Of a DNA stretch of 64,000 nucleotides, positions 12,956 to 26,855 are shown piece after piece (the first letter of the stretch is position 1; every line of letters begins with the position of its first letter). The notes beneath the pieces were generated by a model. It ran no database searches. It was not told the origin of the DNA and saw only the letters and a list, made by a program, of their open reading frames with translations. The DNA comes from Epiperipatus broadwayi (taxonomy: Eukaryota > Animalia > Onychophora), in contig JAQFVV010000006.1 of NCBI GenBank assembly GCA_028023455.1, positions 17,670,001 to 17,734,000 on the forward strand, given 5' to 3'. The position numbers and the translations under genes are program-made.

Positions 12956-15955
12956 ATCAACCATTATCAATTCACTGTAGGATGAAGGTCTCTCCAAGTT
13001 CAATCCATCTTCTCCTATCTTTAGTTTCTCTTCTCCACATCACCTCTGCACCCTTTCTTATTTCATCCATCCATCTCACATGTGGTTTCTTTCAGGGTCT
13101 TTTACAATCTCTTGGAATCCAGTTTAAGATTTCAATTGTCCATCTATTATCATCTCTTCTATCCAATCCAACTCTACTTCAGTCTTTTAATTTTTTCAAT
13201 GAGGTCAGTAACACTTGTTTGTTTTCTTACCCATATATTGTGTTTTTGGTCTCTTCTTGTTACTCCCAACATCTCTTTGTACTTCTTTGAGTGGTCTGAA
13301 GTCTCTTATTTCTCTTCTATTAAGTGTCCAAGTCTCAGATCCATAAGTAAGAATTGGTGAACACATTTATTTAAAACCTTCCTTTTCAAACACATAGGCA
13401 CATTTCCTTTTAGTATCAAAATATTTCTACCAAAAGCACTCCAACCAAATTTAATTCTATGATTAATTTCATCCATTATGTTTCCATCTGTATTAATAAT
13501 CTGACCAAGGTATTTGTAACTGGTAACTTCTTCTGACTCATCATAATCAATCTTTATTTTCATCTTTTGAGAAAATCTATTGAACATTACTTTAGTCTAC
13601 TTTCATCAGATAACTCCTGCAACACTTCCTGCAGCTCTAAAGCATTATTTGCAAAAACAACTACATTATCTGCAAAATCTAAATGACTTAAATAATTTCC
13701 ATTTACTTTCACTCCTTTAGCTTCCCATTTTAATCCACAAAATACTTCTTGCAGCACTGCTGTAAAAAGTTTTGGAGATGTGGAGTCACCCTGCCTTAAT
13801 GTTGACTTTCCTAGTATCATTATGTAATCTAACTGTTGCTGTTGCATTTTTATAAATATTCTTTAAAATATGACAATATCCTGGATCTCTATCTTGATGA
13901 TCAAATGCTTTAATCACTGAAGAAATGTTTATAGAATTAAATCCAAAGCATAATGGCAACTCATGTTTATTTGTCCTTTCTTTAACTTCTCTCAATACCT
14001 GGATATGATCTACTGTACTAAAACCACTTTTAAATCTAGTTGTTCTCATGGTTGGTGGAAATCCAATATTCTCTGTAGATGAATTGCATTCTTCCAATTA
14101 TCTGGTACATCTTTATTATTTAGGCATTTGGTATATAACTTTGCTAAAAAAAATTCTATTTCTTCACCTGTTTCTTTTAATACATCAATTATAATTCCAT
14201 CATTACCTGGAGCTTTTCCTTTCTTCATAAATTTAATTGCATGTCTCACTTCTTCATTTAAAATTCTGGGCAATTCGGAAGATATAATAGATATAGGAGG
14301 TACTTGATCTTTATTACTATATATATATAGTCCTCTACCCATTTCATGATGTCATCTCTCTTTTTAGTATTAATTTCTTTTGTTTTTTTTTTCTTATTGC
14401 AGATATAAATTTCCTACAAATACCAAAAGGTTGTTTTACACTCTTGAGACTTTTATTCTCTTTTGCAGCTTTCCTTGCTAGTTCACAGTTATACTTTCTT
14501 ATATCATTTTCAACTCTTTTCCAGACCATTTTACAAAATTCAAAATATTCAATCCTTTTTAATGCATCATTTTTATATATATTCATATTTCCTTCTTTCA
14601 TAAATTCTCTAGTCTCGTTAGAAATTTTATTGGTCAATTGCTGCTTTTTTCTATCAGCTTTCTTTGTTGCAGTTTTTAAAAGTGTATCAGTTATTTTCAT
14701 ATTAATTTCATTCAAATCTGAATCATGTTCAAAATCTACTAATACTTGAAACTGATTTGTAAGTTCTAATTTAAATTCATTAGAATGTTTCTAAAGATTA
14801 GGAATATCAACTGTAAATATTGTTTTTCTTAATAATTTTTCTCTCTAGTTTTGCATTAACATGTATCTTACATCTTACTAATCGATGATCATTTCCTGTG
14901 TCAAATTTTCTGTCAGTAAAAATATAATCCAATTCAGCTGTACCTTCATTTGGATGCTTCCATGTCCATTTCCTTTTAATGTTTTTCTCAAAAAAAAGAA
15001 TTCATAATATAAAGGTCTTCTTTTTCTACAAACCCACAAGTTTAGGTCCCTCTCATTTCTATTACCATAACCGAAATTACCTACAGCACTTTCATTTGTT
15101 TACCAATTCTAGCATTAAAGTCTCCAATAACAATTTTAAAGTGTACATCCATGTAAAAATCTTCTACTACTTCATCGCTATGAGACCTTGTTGGGGCATA
15201 AACCTGAAATACCTGCATTTGGTATCTGCTATTAAGTTGTATAACTAATCTTGCCACTCTGTCCGATACACCATCAATCTCCACAATGTTGTTCTTCCAC
15301 ATTTTATTTATAATGAATCCTACTCCACTTGTATTTCTAACATTTGTGCCTTTATAGTAGTGTACATGTTCTCTTTTTAAATCAATTGTCTCATCATCTT
15401 TTTTTCTAACTTCACAAAGTCCAATAATGTCCTATTAAATATAAGACAGTTCTTCTAATTTCTGCAATCTTCCTAAATTTTTGCAATCTTCCTTCTCTTG
15501 AAAGTCATCTGCAGTTGTAAGTACCTAAATAAAAAGTCATCATCAAATGGTAGCCTGGGTCCACAATCAGGTTTTTTTAGCACCCTCTGCATTTGGTTGG
15601 TGACTTTACAGCCTCCTGGGAATAAAGGCCATGATTTATTTTTGTCTGCCTGGATTGTATATATCTAGTGGAAACATATTTATTATTTACACATACATTC
15701 ATTTTGCCTTCAGACCGCTGAGAAGAAAGACTGTTATTTCTTGATCGTAAACTCAGAGGTAAAAAGCCAATAAACTTACCACCCTGGCTGGCTAATGTGT
15801 CTTGGTGAGCAGCCCATCCATGTTCATGTACTATATAAATAATCACATTGTAATAACAGTTGCAAAGACAAGGAATTTGCCATGCTCTGTTCCTTTAAGG
15901 CCTCCAATAGGAATCAAATTCAGTAGTTAATAGCAAACTCCTCTCTGCAGCCAAG
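12956..15955 (-). mobile_element. Near-full-length decayed RTE-clade non-LTR retrotransposon (APE endonuclease + RT)
   Basis: Minus-strand fragments give GTYNCR (APE start ~15500), IVIGDFNARIG, KGKAPGNDG, RQGDSTSPKLF and HLDFADNVV. There are frameshifts, stops and an internal RT deletion near 14070. 5' UTR ~15540-15955. Confidence 0.95.
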
Positions 15956-16199
15956 TTTGTATGTATATACATTTATTTTATTAATAATAATATCACTTTA
16001 AAAAAAAGTATACTTATATAGCAATAATTAAAATATAACTCAAAACAATACTGAGTAATTTAGTCTAGATAATAAAGTTTTTGAATTAAAGATATTTGAA
16101 TTAATAATAGTCTATCTCTATTACTCACTACGAAATGAATGTTTTTTTGTTTGTGTTAACATACTCTTTATTTAATCTAGATTATTTTAGACATTATTA

Positions 16200-16465
16200 A
16201 TATATAGGGTATATGAGCACAGACTTTCACACGATCCACCACTCTCTACTCTATCTCATAACACTGATACACTTGAACAAGTATATGTTGAAAAGATAAA
16301 TAATCACCAATATATGTATTTCATGCTAAACCAACAATCATCAGTTGGTCCAGATTACCACCTCTACACATATATGCTATAAGTGCTCAGAAATATATTA
16401 AGATAGCCAATCCTCATACTTTAATGGGACAGGCTTCAATCTACTCCAACTCCAACTCTTCAACT
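16200..16465 (-). mobile_element. Family B hammerhead element, single (non-palindromic) copy
   Basis: Colinear with 12002-12265. Minus HHR at ~16300-16357: ACCAA CTGATGA TTGTTG-GTT-TAGCAT GAAA TACATA TA TTGGT. Confidence 0.85.
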
Positions 16466-16717
16466 GTCCAATACCCCCCACTCTTTTAAGAATCTTAATT
16501 TAATCATTAGATAATATAAAATTTGATTATATTTAAAAATAACTATATTCATTATATAGTTATTGAAAGATATAACATTTTTATAATTCGAAATAAAATA
16601 TTGCATCACTTTTTTTTTTGTCAGAAGCCCTAGAAGCAAAAACCGTTTACTTAAAACAAAAACTATTATATATTCAATATAAAATTTTATAAAATCTGGA
16701 AAATTGGTAGAGTAAAA

Positions 16718-16950
16718 TATTACATGATCATTTCTTATGCTTACAAAAGCTGTTAGAATAATAGCAACTTTCTACATACAGTAATGCAACCACAGTGATC
16801 AATGGATTCTTCTCACTGATGATAAGTTAGAAATTCTTCTGGGGATATTGGATGATTAGGCATTACTAGGGATTTTGATGCATAACCTTCTAGCACCCAC
16901 TGATTCCTATGGCTGGCACTACTGCATGGGTAGAGTTGCTACTCTTTTAA
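16718..16950. mobile_element. Family A hammerhead element, small decayed foldback
   Basis: Minus-sense arm 16718-~16808. The plus-sense arm starts tctca CTGATGA(16816-22)...GAAA...ctggggatattggatga. Confidence 0.75.
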
Positions 16951-17826
16951 GATTGATAAAGATAACTAAATGACAAACTTTTCCTACTGGCAAAAAATTA
17001 GTAAAATTGCTTTTTTTTATAACAATTTACTTTCTGTCAGCCTTTGATTCTATTAACACTCATTTGATTTCTAATTTTATATTTAAAAAAAAACTTTAAA
17101 TTTTAGATAATTTTTTTTATCAAGAGATTGAACTATTTATCACAATGCATTCACAATTTTTTATTTTTAATAGGAATTACTTTTTTTCTGCCACACATGT
17201 TTGGCCAACTTTGTTATTTTATATATGTATGTATTGACAAACATTTATAAGCAAACATTTATAAACTTTAATTCTAGTTAACAAAGTACTAATTTTTTTC
17301 TTTTTTTTAAGTTTATAATATAGATATTTATTATGTACTGATATAAAAAAAATGCAATTATGAAAAATTTATATATGTTTTATGCTTTAAAATATATTTT
17401 GTCAACTTTCAGTTTTAATTTTGAAAGATATATTTATAAAAATATATGACATAAAATACATTTTCTTTAACAAATATACTAAAAAAATTAAGTCTATATA
17501 TTTTCAAACTCTCAATCCCCCCCCCCCAATTATTGTTTGTCTGCATTACCTGGTTAACAAATTGAAAGATTGTGGTGTTGAGCATGTCTTGTCAAATAAT
17601 TGCCAAAATAGTTAGAGTGCATAATTTGTTATTATAAAAGTGTTATAGTTTATTTATTATTATCTGTGTATATAATTTGTTATTGGTTTTTCTTTTGGGA
17701 GGCGGCAAAATTTTTAAATAAATCGATACTTTTTTTTAAAATAAATCATTAATGATTTTAATTTTTTTTATACTTGACTAAAGTATGTAAATTTTCTATC
17801 TTATGATATCTATATGAAAAAGTTTT

Positions 17827-18235
17827 ATATCACATGATTAATATTTCCTATGCTTGCACAAGCTGTTAAAACGATAGCAAACCCTCCATATAATAATGTC
17901 AGCCGGTGCAAAACATAATAGGCAATGGATACAAGAAGGTTTGCGCATAAATTATCTATTTATATCCTATTCATCCCATATCCCCTAGTTTCTAGCTTAG
18001 GGCTTTCATTAGTAAAGAGCGAGATGGGTTGCTGGAGGGTTGCATTAGATTCTAAGATTAAGGTACAATGCTCTTAGATCCAGAGCTCCTTACTAATGAA
18101 AGCCACAAACTAGACACTAGTTGGGGATATTGGATAGGTAGGCACTAGATAGGGATTTTATGCCTAAACCTTCTTGCATCTACTAAGGCTTCCGCTGGGT
18201 GATATTACTATATGGGAAATTTATTACTGCTTAAA
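17827..18235. mobile_element. Family A hammerhead element foldback; both HHR cores mutated (CTAATGA)
   Basis: Minus-sense arm to ~18020 (TCATTAG 18006-12) and plus-sense arm from ~18022 (CTAATGA 18093-99). Both align to the 52.5-53.9 kb element. Confidence 0.85.
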
Positions 18236-19232
18236 ATAATTTTTCCCATTTATTCATTGCAATAAGTTATCCCATTTAGTGACAATATTTTTTACAGTAG
18301 TTCCTTATATATCAAAACGTGTGTAATGGCATTATTTAATTATTAAAAAATAGCTTTTTATTTATTTATATGATAACCATTTAAATAATATTTTTTGTGT
18401 TGACTGATTATAGTAAATAGCTATTAAACTTATAGACTTATGTTGTAAAACACTGAAATATTCTATTTAGTTTTATATGACATTAAGATTCAAAATAATA
18501 GCCATTCCCTTAAAAGAAATTGAAACACAAGATCGTGCAACGATTGTCTATTGAGAAGGATGGTTTGGGGTGGGGGGAGGTCTCTAACTGCTATATTATC
18601 TCAACTATCACCAGTCATTATTCATTAACCAGCAAGATCTTGTGTATATAAAACAGTTATTATTGAAAAATATTTGATGACATTTTACCTGTAAATATCC
18701 ATTAAACTATTTCCAACATGAAGTAGAACTATTAAATGTATTTAGAGCAATTGAAATTTTATTTATACATCTCCAAAATACATTTAACTGTTAATAGTAA
18801 GACAAAAGTGTAATATATAATAAGTCTAGTCAGAGCATTACTTTCAATTTAATATTAATGAATCTGAAGGCTGCTGGTTCGTTCCAACAACATTGGCTTG
18901 AATATTAACTTGTGCTGGTATTAAAAATTGAATGTATTTAGAAAATATAAAGTTTGAATTTTTCTAAAAACATTTCATATTTCAACTAAATGATGAAAGT
19001 GGCCCAACTTATAACTATCATTCTAATCTTGTTTATTTGACAGTTCCTAATGATGACATTTTAATAATAATTATATATTGGACTAATTCTATCATCTAAT
19101 ATTAAATATTTAATGTCTTTAAAAAAATTCAAACTCCATTAAACTTTCCAAATACATTCAACTATTAGTAATAGCACAGGTTTAGTATATAGCAAAATAT
19201 TTCAAGGAGAAGAAAATATTGTATGTTAAATA

Positions 19233-19520
19233 CTATTTCATAGTGTAATTTTCACTACGCCACTCTCATGCAAGATAGTGTCTGGTTTCTATCCGCTTTT
19301 AACATCTTGGGAAGGGATGTAATCATAAACATATGACCAAAGACATGCAAAAAAGATGTATGTTTATGATTGCATGCCTCCATAAGTTGTTAAAAGCAGA
19401 TAGAAACCAGTCCCTACCTTGCATGAGAGTGGTATAACAAAAGTTACACTACAAAATGTTATTCATTATTTGATAATGTCTGATCTAATGAATGACATAA
19501 AAATCATTAATAACTTGTGT
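19233..19520. repeat. Family C foldback repeat (second copy at 35105-35250)
   Basis: ccactctcatgcaag...ctggtttctatccgcttttaaca versus tgttaaaagcagatagaaaccag...cttgcatgagagtgg; centre ~19345. Confidence 0.8.
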
Positions 19521-20088
19521 ATTTCTTATTAATAGTTGAATGTATTTGGAAGGTTTAAATCATATTTGAATATTTTTTTTTTAAGGCTTTGAATATTTAA
19601 TGTAAAATGATCAAACTAATCCAACTTAAAATGATTATTAATCTCATCACTTTGATCATAGTATTGTTTTATACTGTATTTCTCTGAAAATAAGTCCTAG
19701 CATGATTTTTCAGGATGTTAATAATATATGGCCTAGATAAGATCATCAGCCATATATATGGCTTTTGTTTGCCCATTGAAGCAGAAGATGGACATGTTGA
19801 ATTATACAGTAATGAATTTATGAATAAACAATATTATTATAAAGTATATGCTACTTATATATTTTCCTGTCAAACATTTTCGACAAATGTAATTCTACCT
19901 GTATAGAGAAACTTTATGAATGATTTAACAAATTTTTAAAATTTTATCTACCACAAACCAGTAAATCGGACAATTTATGATTTCATTTATGTATTTTTAG
20001 GTACTTATTTACCTATATTTAATACTTAGGTTTAGAAGGCTTGATTTAATTTTAGAATTTCATCATGGTAGTTTTTAAATATTCGAGA

Positions 20089-20691
20089 TGTTATGTTTGG
20101 TCTGGATTACAGACCCAACTTACAGAAAAATAATACAAATACTCGAGTTACAATTAATACAATACAAGAGAATATATACAATACTGAATATTATAGATTA
20201 ACGTCTGGGCTCTGCGTTTTGTAGTCCTACCGCTTCCAGCTACACCTGATAGCTTGCCTCACAGGTAGGAGGTATGACTCTTCCAGCTGTACAGGACATC
20301 TTGCCTTAAGTCAGCCATCATCTTAACAGTGTCCGGTCCCTCTGTGGAGTTTCCTAGCTGTGTAGGACAAATAGCGTATTGTTATCATGGGAATGTTTAC
20401 TGCTGTTCAGGTTAGCTGAGCTTCCCTGGGAGAACGCGTACTGTCTTTGTAGGTTAGACAGATGTTCTCCCCCGATTCTCTCAAAAGGCTGACTATTTAT
20501 AGCCAGATCCCTGACTTTATTGAAAGCATTCGTATTCAGCGATCATCACTGCTTATTGGCCTGTACTAATCATTGGCTATATGTTTGAGCTGTACATTAG
20601 CCTATTGGCCAGCAGCAAACAATGCTTAATCCCATCAGATAAAGACAGAATCTGGAATAGTCCACTTCTGAGGGAAGGGAGGACTATAACA
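20089..20691 (-). mobile_element. Probable solo LTR (~600 bp), antisense to host gene
   Basis: TGTTAT...ATAACA termini, higher GC and CpG retention than flanks, minus-strand TATAAATA (~20493-20500) with upstream CCAAT boxes (~20555-20610). TSD degenerate (cgaga/caaaa). Confidence 0.65.
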
Positions 20692-22748
20692 CAAAATAAA
20701 AGAAAAATCAGTTTGATTTCTTAAACATTTTTTTTTCCCTAAAAGACTTTAGATAATGGAAGTGATTTTTAATAATCAAAACTTTAAATCATCAATCTTT
20801 CTCCTAAAGAAAAGTATTTAAAAAGAATATCCAAGCAGGACTATTATGATTAATTTGGAAAGTCTTTTGGGAGCAAAAATTAATGTAAGGCCCGGTTTTA
20901 TTTTCAGGGAAATAGGGTATTTAGATAAGTAAAGGGCATTCCCATGTGCTGTTTTTGTAGATTTATGAGCTCTTTGTTATAATTTTTGTGTTGAGAATAT
21001 AGAAAGTGCAATTGACAAGATGCACAGAAATAGAAATCGATTAGTTTTCATTATTTCCTATATTATCATTGGCCATTTTAAATGAGTACAACCATTATAA
21101 CTAGTCTTACTAAATAAAATAAAAAAGTATTATATAATGAATGAATTTGAGTGTTATTTTAGTAGTAATAGCAGTTGTTATTTATAAAGATGATTTCAGT
21201 GTCACTTTAGAGATGCAATATTGATTGTTTTTATAGAAGAGGAGGAGGGTATAATATAGCTCAGGATAGAAAGCAGATGTGAAGTTTATCCAATTATAAA
21301 TTATTTTTATTATTTATTTTCTTTAGAGAGAAGGTTTATTAATATAAAGGATTTTAGATTATATCACTAACTGTATTGACCAATATAGTTAAGTATTGAA
21401 TAAATTTATAAGGTGCTTCGTTAAGAAATTATGGGTTCTCAAAATATATGTTGATTTGTGAATTGGATGAGTGTTAATTAAACTAAAGATACTTCTACAT
21501 TTTATTTACATATGGGTTTGATTTCTATATATTCTTCTTAGGAAATAATATTCCATACGAATTTGATAAATGCTGTTTGAATTAATCAAAAACATCCACT
21601 ATAACACATTCTACAAAATTTATTTATCATTAGCTTAGATTAATTATATATGTGTGTATGATTCCAAGTAATTATAAATTAATTGTTATTTACTTTAACG
21701 TATTTGTTTTAATACATTATTTAATTATGCCAATATATATGTGTGTGTAAATTTGAATAAATATAATAAAAACTTTTTTCTTTTATTAATTGATTACGTT
21801 TAGAATTTATTTCACTAAAATCTGTTCCTTATTTTGTGATGTTCTGCGTTATCTTTTAGCTGGATCCTATGGAAAGTAGTCTTCAACTGATTGGGCTATC
21901 GAGGGTAAATATAAATTCATTATTCTTTTAATTGGAGAAGGGGTGTATATATTTATATATCTTAACATCTTTTAACAAAATTTGTAAAAAGAAGATTTAG
22001 TAATTTTTTTCAAAAAAAATGGAATAAATTTGTTTGGCAATCATAAAATTCTTTTCCGATTAGTTTAAATTGATCATTATATATGTAATGTTTGATTTTT
22101 TTTTGCATAAAAAAAAAGTGTTATATTAATATTTTTTTAAAAAAACTATTATTTTAATTGTTAAAATAAAATATATAAGGTGGGATTGTATTATTTTTTT
22201 TTTACTTTTTTAATTTAAAGCTGAAATTTTTGATCATAGTTTGTAACTTTAGTTTATTGTTATGAATTCCAAGTCCAGTATCTTAGTATTATGATGTGTA
22301 TATGTTTTGAAGATCTTTTTTTTATTATTTGCCTTATATATATAATACCGATGCAGCATAGTCTCATTAACTCAAAACATTAGTTAGGGACTTTCAGTGT
22401 TTCATGTTAGCAGTTAGTAAATAGCAAGATATTTCGCACTAATCCTGTTTAATAGCAAAAAAATGTATTGTACTATGTATTTTTTTAAAATCTTATTCAA
22501 AAGACTAGCCGACTTTCAGTATTTATTCATGTTAACTGGCTTCATATTAACAGTTCATAAATAGAAAGTTAAAATATTGCTATATCTAAATTTATGCTAG
22601 GCTTAAATTATCGCATTCATGTCAGTTTCAACCATTCTTCATGTCATAATTCTAGATCATTTGTAAATAACTTTGTTTCTTACTGTTATATATAGTAGCA
22701 GATTTCAATAATGGCTACTTGTTTTACATTTTTTCTCTATAATAGTAC

Positions 22749-22960
22749 CATCACATGATCACTATCTCTTATACTAGCACATAATTGTTAATAAACAAGG
22801 CAAAACTCTTCATACAGTAGTGCCACCCTGTGCCAACCAGAGTAATCAATGGATGCCCGAAGACTTGTGCATAAAATCCCTATCTAGTGCCTACTCATCC
22901 AATATCCCCAGACTGCCTTCGTCAGTGAGGAGCCTTGGATCTGAGAGCGCTGCACCTAGT
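22749..22960 (-). mobile_element. Family A hammerhead element copy with 15-nt deletion through helix II/III
   Basis: ccaatatccccagact|gccttcgtcagtgaggagccttggat. CTGACGA core variant (22919-25); agtttctggcttgtg is missing. Confidence 0.85.
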
Positions 22961-23519
22961 ACCAATTGTAAATTATGATCTTTTTTAAATATATATATAA
23001 AGACCACACATTAGAGCCAAAAAATATGCCCAGCACCAATTTCTTTTTGGAACTTTACTTTGTTTATCTGGTTTTAGCTCGTGCATTTCCAAACTTTATG
23101 AAGTTATTATATAATATAATATTTATGATTAATTAAATGGCATTTACTTTTAATACTTGTGATAATAAATTTATAAATGTCTTGTTTGGATTGTTAAAAC
23201 ATTATATTCTCTGTCATCCATAAATTTACATTTGTTAATGTTATAATAATCAAACTCCCCTATTCATTTGCTAGTTTTTAAGTGTTAATATGCTTTCTAT
23301 TTGGATAGTATTTACTCCTGAGATTAAGTTGTACGTTGCAGAATCTGCTAATTCCTGCAAAATAAATAAAACATTGTTTTTCAAGAATTAGCTCTTATGA
23401 TCTTATCAAGATAAATTTTTTATCATTTAAAAATATAAAAAATTAATTAATTACTAGTTTGAATAGAAAGTGGCATTAATTGTATAATTTTTTTTTTTAA
23501 AAAAGGACATTTCTTTGGC

Positions 23520-24110
23520 ACTATTAGCCTTTTAACTGCCTGACTCGTAAAAAAACGAGAAGATTTGACGTCACTCTAAATCGGCTACTTTTTATCCCAC
23601 GTATACATATACGTCATTCGAACGAAAATCAACAGTTCTGTAAGATGGTGCCCTCTTCAGAATTATTTTACAAGTAAAAAATCAATAAATATGACCATAT
23701 ATGTCAAACAAAACCAAAGCACCGCCTTCTCACTACCTTTTCTTGAATCTTATTGGCTGTCGAACTTCTGTCAGAAAGGAAAATGGCTGCCAAAAAGTTA
23801 CATTCGTTTTGTGTTTTATTTCAAAAATGATATAAACGAATGTTTACAACATTTTAAACAATATTTGAATTGAATTACAAATTATTATTGATAAAATAAT
23901 ACTAAAAATCAAATTATTTTAGAAAAATAGTTAAGATATTACCAAGAATTATTTATTTATTGCTACATATTTATCGTAACGTAAAAGTGAAAAAAAATGA
24001 TTGCTTGAGAAATGTTTTTGGTTGGTCAAATAGCGGTTACCGTTCATTTCACCGCAATTGAATATTTTTTAAATTATAAATCAAATTTTATTTTTAAAAA
24101 GACTTTCGTT
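23520..24110. promoter_or_regulatory. CpG-retaining promoter/enhancer-like patch
   Basis: Local CpG density far above flanks; full CRE TGACGTCA at 23566-23573; YY1/Pho-like AAAATGGCTG (~23780). No TE hallmarks seen. Confidence 0.5.
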
Positions 24111-24834
24111 TACTTTCATAATCTGACAAATTATTAATATACTTTTTACAAACGAAACTAACGTATTTATATTATTAAAAGTGGATCTATTTTAACAATT
24201 GATTTTGTTAAAGTTGTGAGTTGGCCAATTAAAAGTTTTGATTTTTAACTCATTTGGCCAATTATATAATTATCGTTGAAAGGGTTAGTAAAGGAAATAT
24301 ATATATCTGTGAAAAATAAAGAATTTAATTCTTTGCTTTTGTATCACTATTGTAGATTGCATATTTAATAATTCCATATATGTTTATCATTACGTGCACT
24401 TGTGAGTGAAAAAAATATTAAAAATCGTTCTTGTAAAGTGCTACTGTATATATATAATTTATGCACTTAGAAAATATGATAACGCAAGTAATTCCAAGCT
24501 TTTCAGTTTCACACATTACTCTACTTGTTATAATTAAGCTTGATGTATAAATCAGTGATGTGTAGAAACTGCTTTTGAAAAGAAGGTTAGATGGTTTAAA
24601 CCAAATGAAATTCTCTGTAATAACTAAGAAATTCAGACATGGTCATCTTAAGTGCACATCTGTATATGTTTCTGCATACAAATTGTTTCACAAGTTTTTT
24701 GGCTACTAAGAAATAGGAACTAAATATTCACATTCAGTCACACCAACTTAGAATCTAAATATAGCAATTAATTTATATTCACATTTTATTTAAATAGATG
24801 GTAAATAAGTTAATATTTTTAATTTTATTGGACA

Positions 24835-25105
24835 TATGTTACTGACATCATTGAAAAAAATTAAGAGGCTGAAGTGGGGTTGTTTTGACATATTGCTAGA
24901 AGAGATGATAATAAATGGATGGTGGAAACCTTAAATCTGGATTCCAAGAGATTGTAAACGACCTAGAAAGTGGCCACATGTGAGATGGATGGATGAAGTA
25001 ACGAAATGTGATGTGGAGAAGAGAGGTTAGAGATCAGAGAAGATATGTTGAATTTGGAGAGATCTTCATTCTGCAGTGAATTGATAATGATTGTAAATGA
25101 TGATG
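24835..25105 (+). mobile_element. RTE LINE 3' fragment
   Basis: ctggattccaagagattgtaaacgacctag...gagatggatggatgaa...ttctgcagtgaattgataatg. Confidence 0.8.
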
Positions 25106-26010
25106 TTAAGTTATCTGATCAAAAATTAGATTATCACAGCCAAGCAATAATTTTGAATGTCAAAGGTAGCTTTCCATTACTTGTAACCTTCTTAATTTAC
25201 ATTAGCATCTTAATTTGATAGCTGCATCATCATACTGCATGAATTCTAAATAATAAAACATTTTTTAGTTCTTTTTATTTCACATCTGCAACAATTCTTC
25301 CTTAACATTATTGATAGTATAAATAAATTTTGTTATATTTTTTTTTTTTTTTTTCAATTCCATTTTTTATGTTTAACTCGTGCTTTTATCTGATTTTCAA
25401 TACGTAACATGTGTACAAGCATAGTTTGATTTATGCAGTATTTATATGTAAATCTGGTATATAATCAATAAAGCAAGTCATATATAGCATGACATTTTGT
25501 ACTTATGGGAGATTGTAATGGGAAAAATAAAATAAACTTTAAATAACTACTGTGGGACAAAGATCTTTTGAAGAGCCCTTCTTAGAGAATCAGTGGGGGG
25601 GGAAAGGATACTTATCAGATGTGCCACTGTAAGATCATGAGGGTTTGAGCAGTTTTTCTTATTTGGTTTACTTTCTGTCTAATAATATTCAATTTCTGAT
25701 CAATATGAGATATCAGCTAGATTGGTTAAGGGTAAATTACCAAAAGAAAAATTGTAAGCGTATAAAAGAAATTCAAGTTTTTCACCCTAGTGCAAACTGT
25801 GGTCATAGAGACAGTAGCCATATACATTATTACTGCACCATTGTAAACTAAATGAATAGTCTAATAATGACTACATATTCATAATATATTCTGCAACTAT
25901 ACTGCTGACAGTATAATTACTTTGATGATATCACATTGCATGCAATTTGCTTTGTATTTGTGTGATCTATGAAGAGATATAGCAATAATGAGGACTGTAA
26001 TATAGCATTA

Positions 26011-26855
26011 CATGTACACCTGGGTCTCATTTTATGCGGTAGATAGGTTCCTCAGAAAATGCACACAAGAAATCGCACAAAAATAGACTTAACTTATAAA
26101 AGCAAAGCAACAAGAAAAAATTACTTTAAAATTTGCATTAAAGAAATAAAGTATGACTAATAAAAAATTTCAAATATTTGAAAAAAATGAATACAAGACA
26201 AACTTTTTTATTAACTACAGTATTTAATTTTACATTTTTTCATACATATTTTAATCATTACCACTATTTGACAATAAGCGTTCATTTGTGAACTGGTAAG
26301 AAATCAGATTTGTGATGTGATGCACAACTAGCGTCAATTTCAGTCTTGTGCTGTGTTAATGGTTTTCTGTTTCTATATTTAAAAAATGAGATCGCAATCA
26401 AAACAAAAAGATTATACATTATCATTAGAAAGATTAATTTCAGTTTAAAAAATCAATAAAATCTTCGTTATTTATTTTAACAATCTAAAAAATTATTTTT
26501 GTTATATCTAACAAAATAAGTTTTAAAAGTTTAAAATTTTTGAATATTTGTTGTGATATTTTTATACTTAAGTATAAATCTATTATTATTATTTACTCAT
26601 TAGTATAAGTAAGTTATTTACATAGAAGCTAAGATTCTAAATACAGCTTCAGGTCATATTCATGTTAGCTGCTAATATAATGTTATATTTTTGAAAAAAA
26701 AAAAAGTATTTCAAGTCAAAATAAGTTATTAATAATTTAAATTTCTTGATATCTAATAAATATAGTGAAATATGAAAGATATTAAGAAGAAATATGAATC
26801 GCATAACTTAAATCGCATTAAAATAATCCGCACAAAACAAGACCCAGGTGTACTG
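26011..26855. mobile_element. Tc1/mariner-superfamily (Tigger/pogo-like) MITE, TA TSD
   Basis: TIRs TA|CATGTACACCTGGGTCTCATTTTATGCGG and CCGCACAAAACAAGACCCAGGTGTACTG|TA; no ORF inside. Confidence 0.8.

Noticed and set aside
15865-15955. HDV-like ribozyme at the RTE 5' end (a 14-bp stem GAGGAGTTTGCTAT/ATGGCAAATTCCTT is present on the minus strand)
   Set aside because: RTE elements can carry HDV-like ribozymes, but I could not build P1, P3 and P1.1 in the required order. Only a simple stem is supported.
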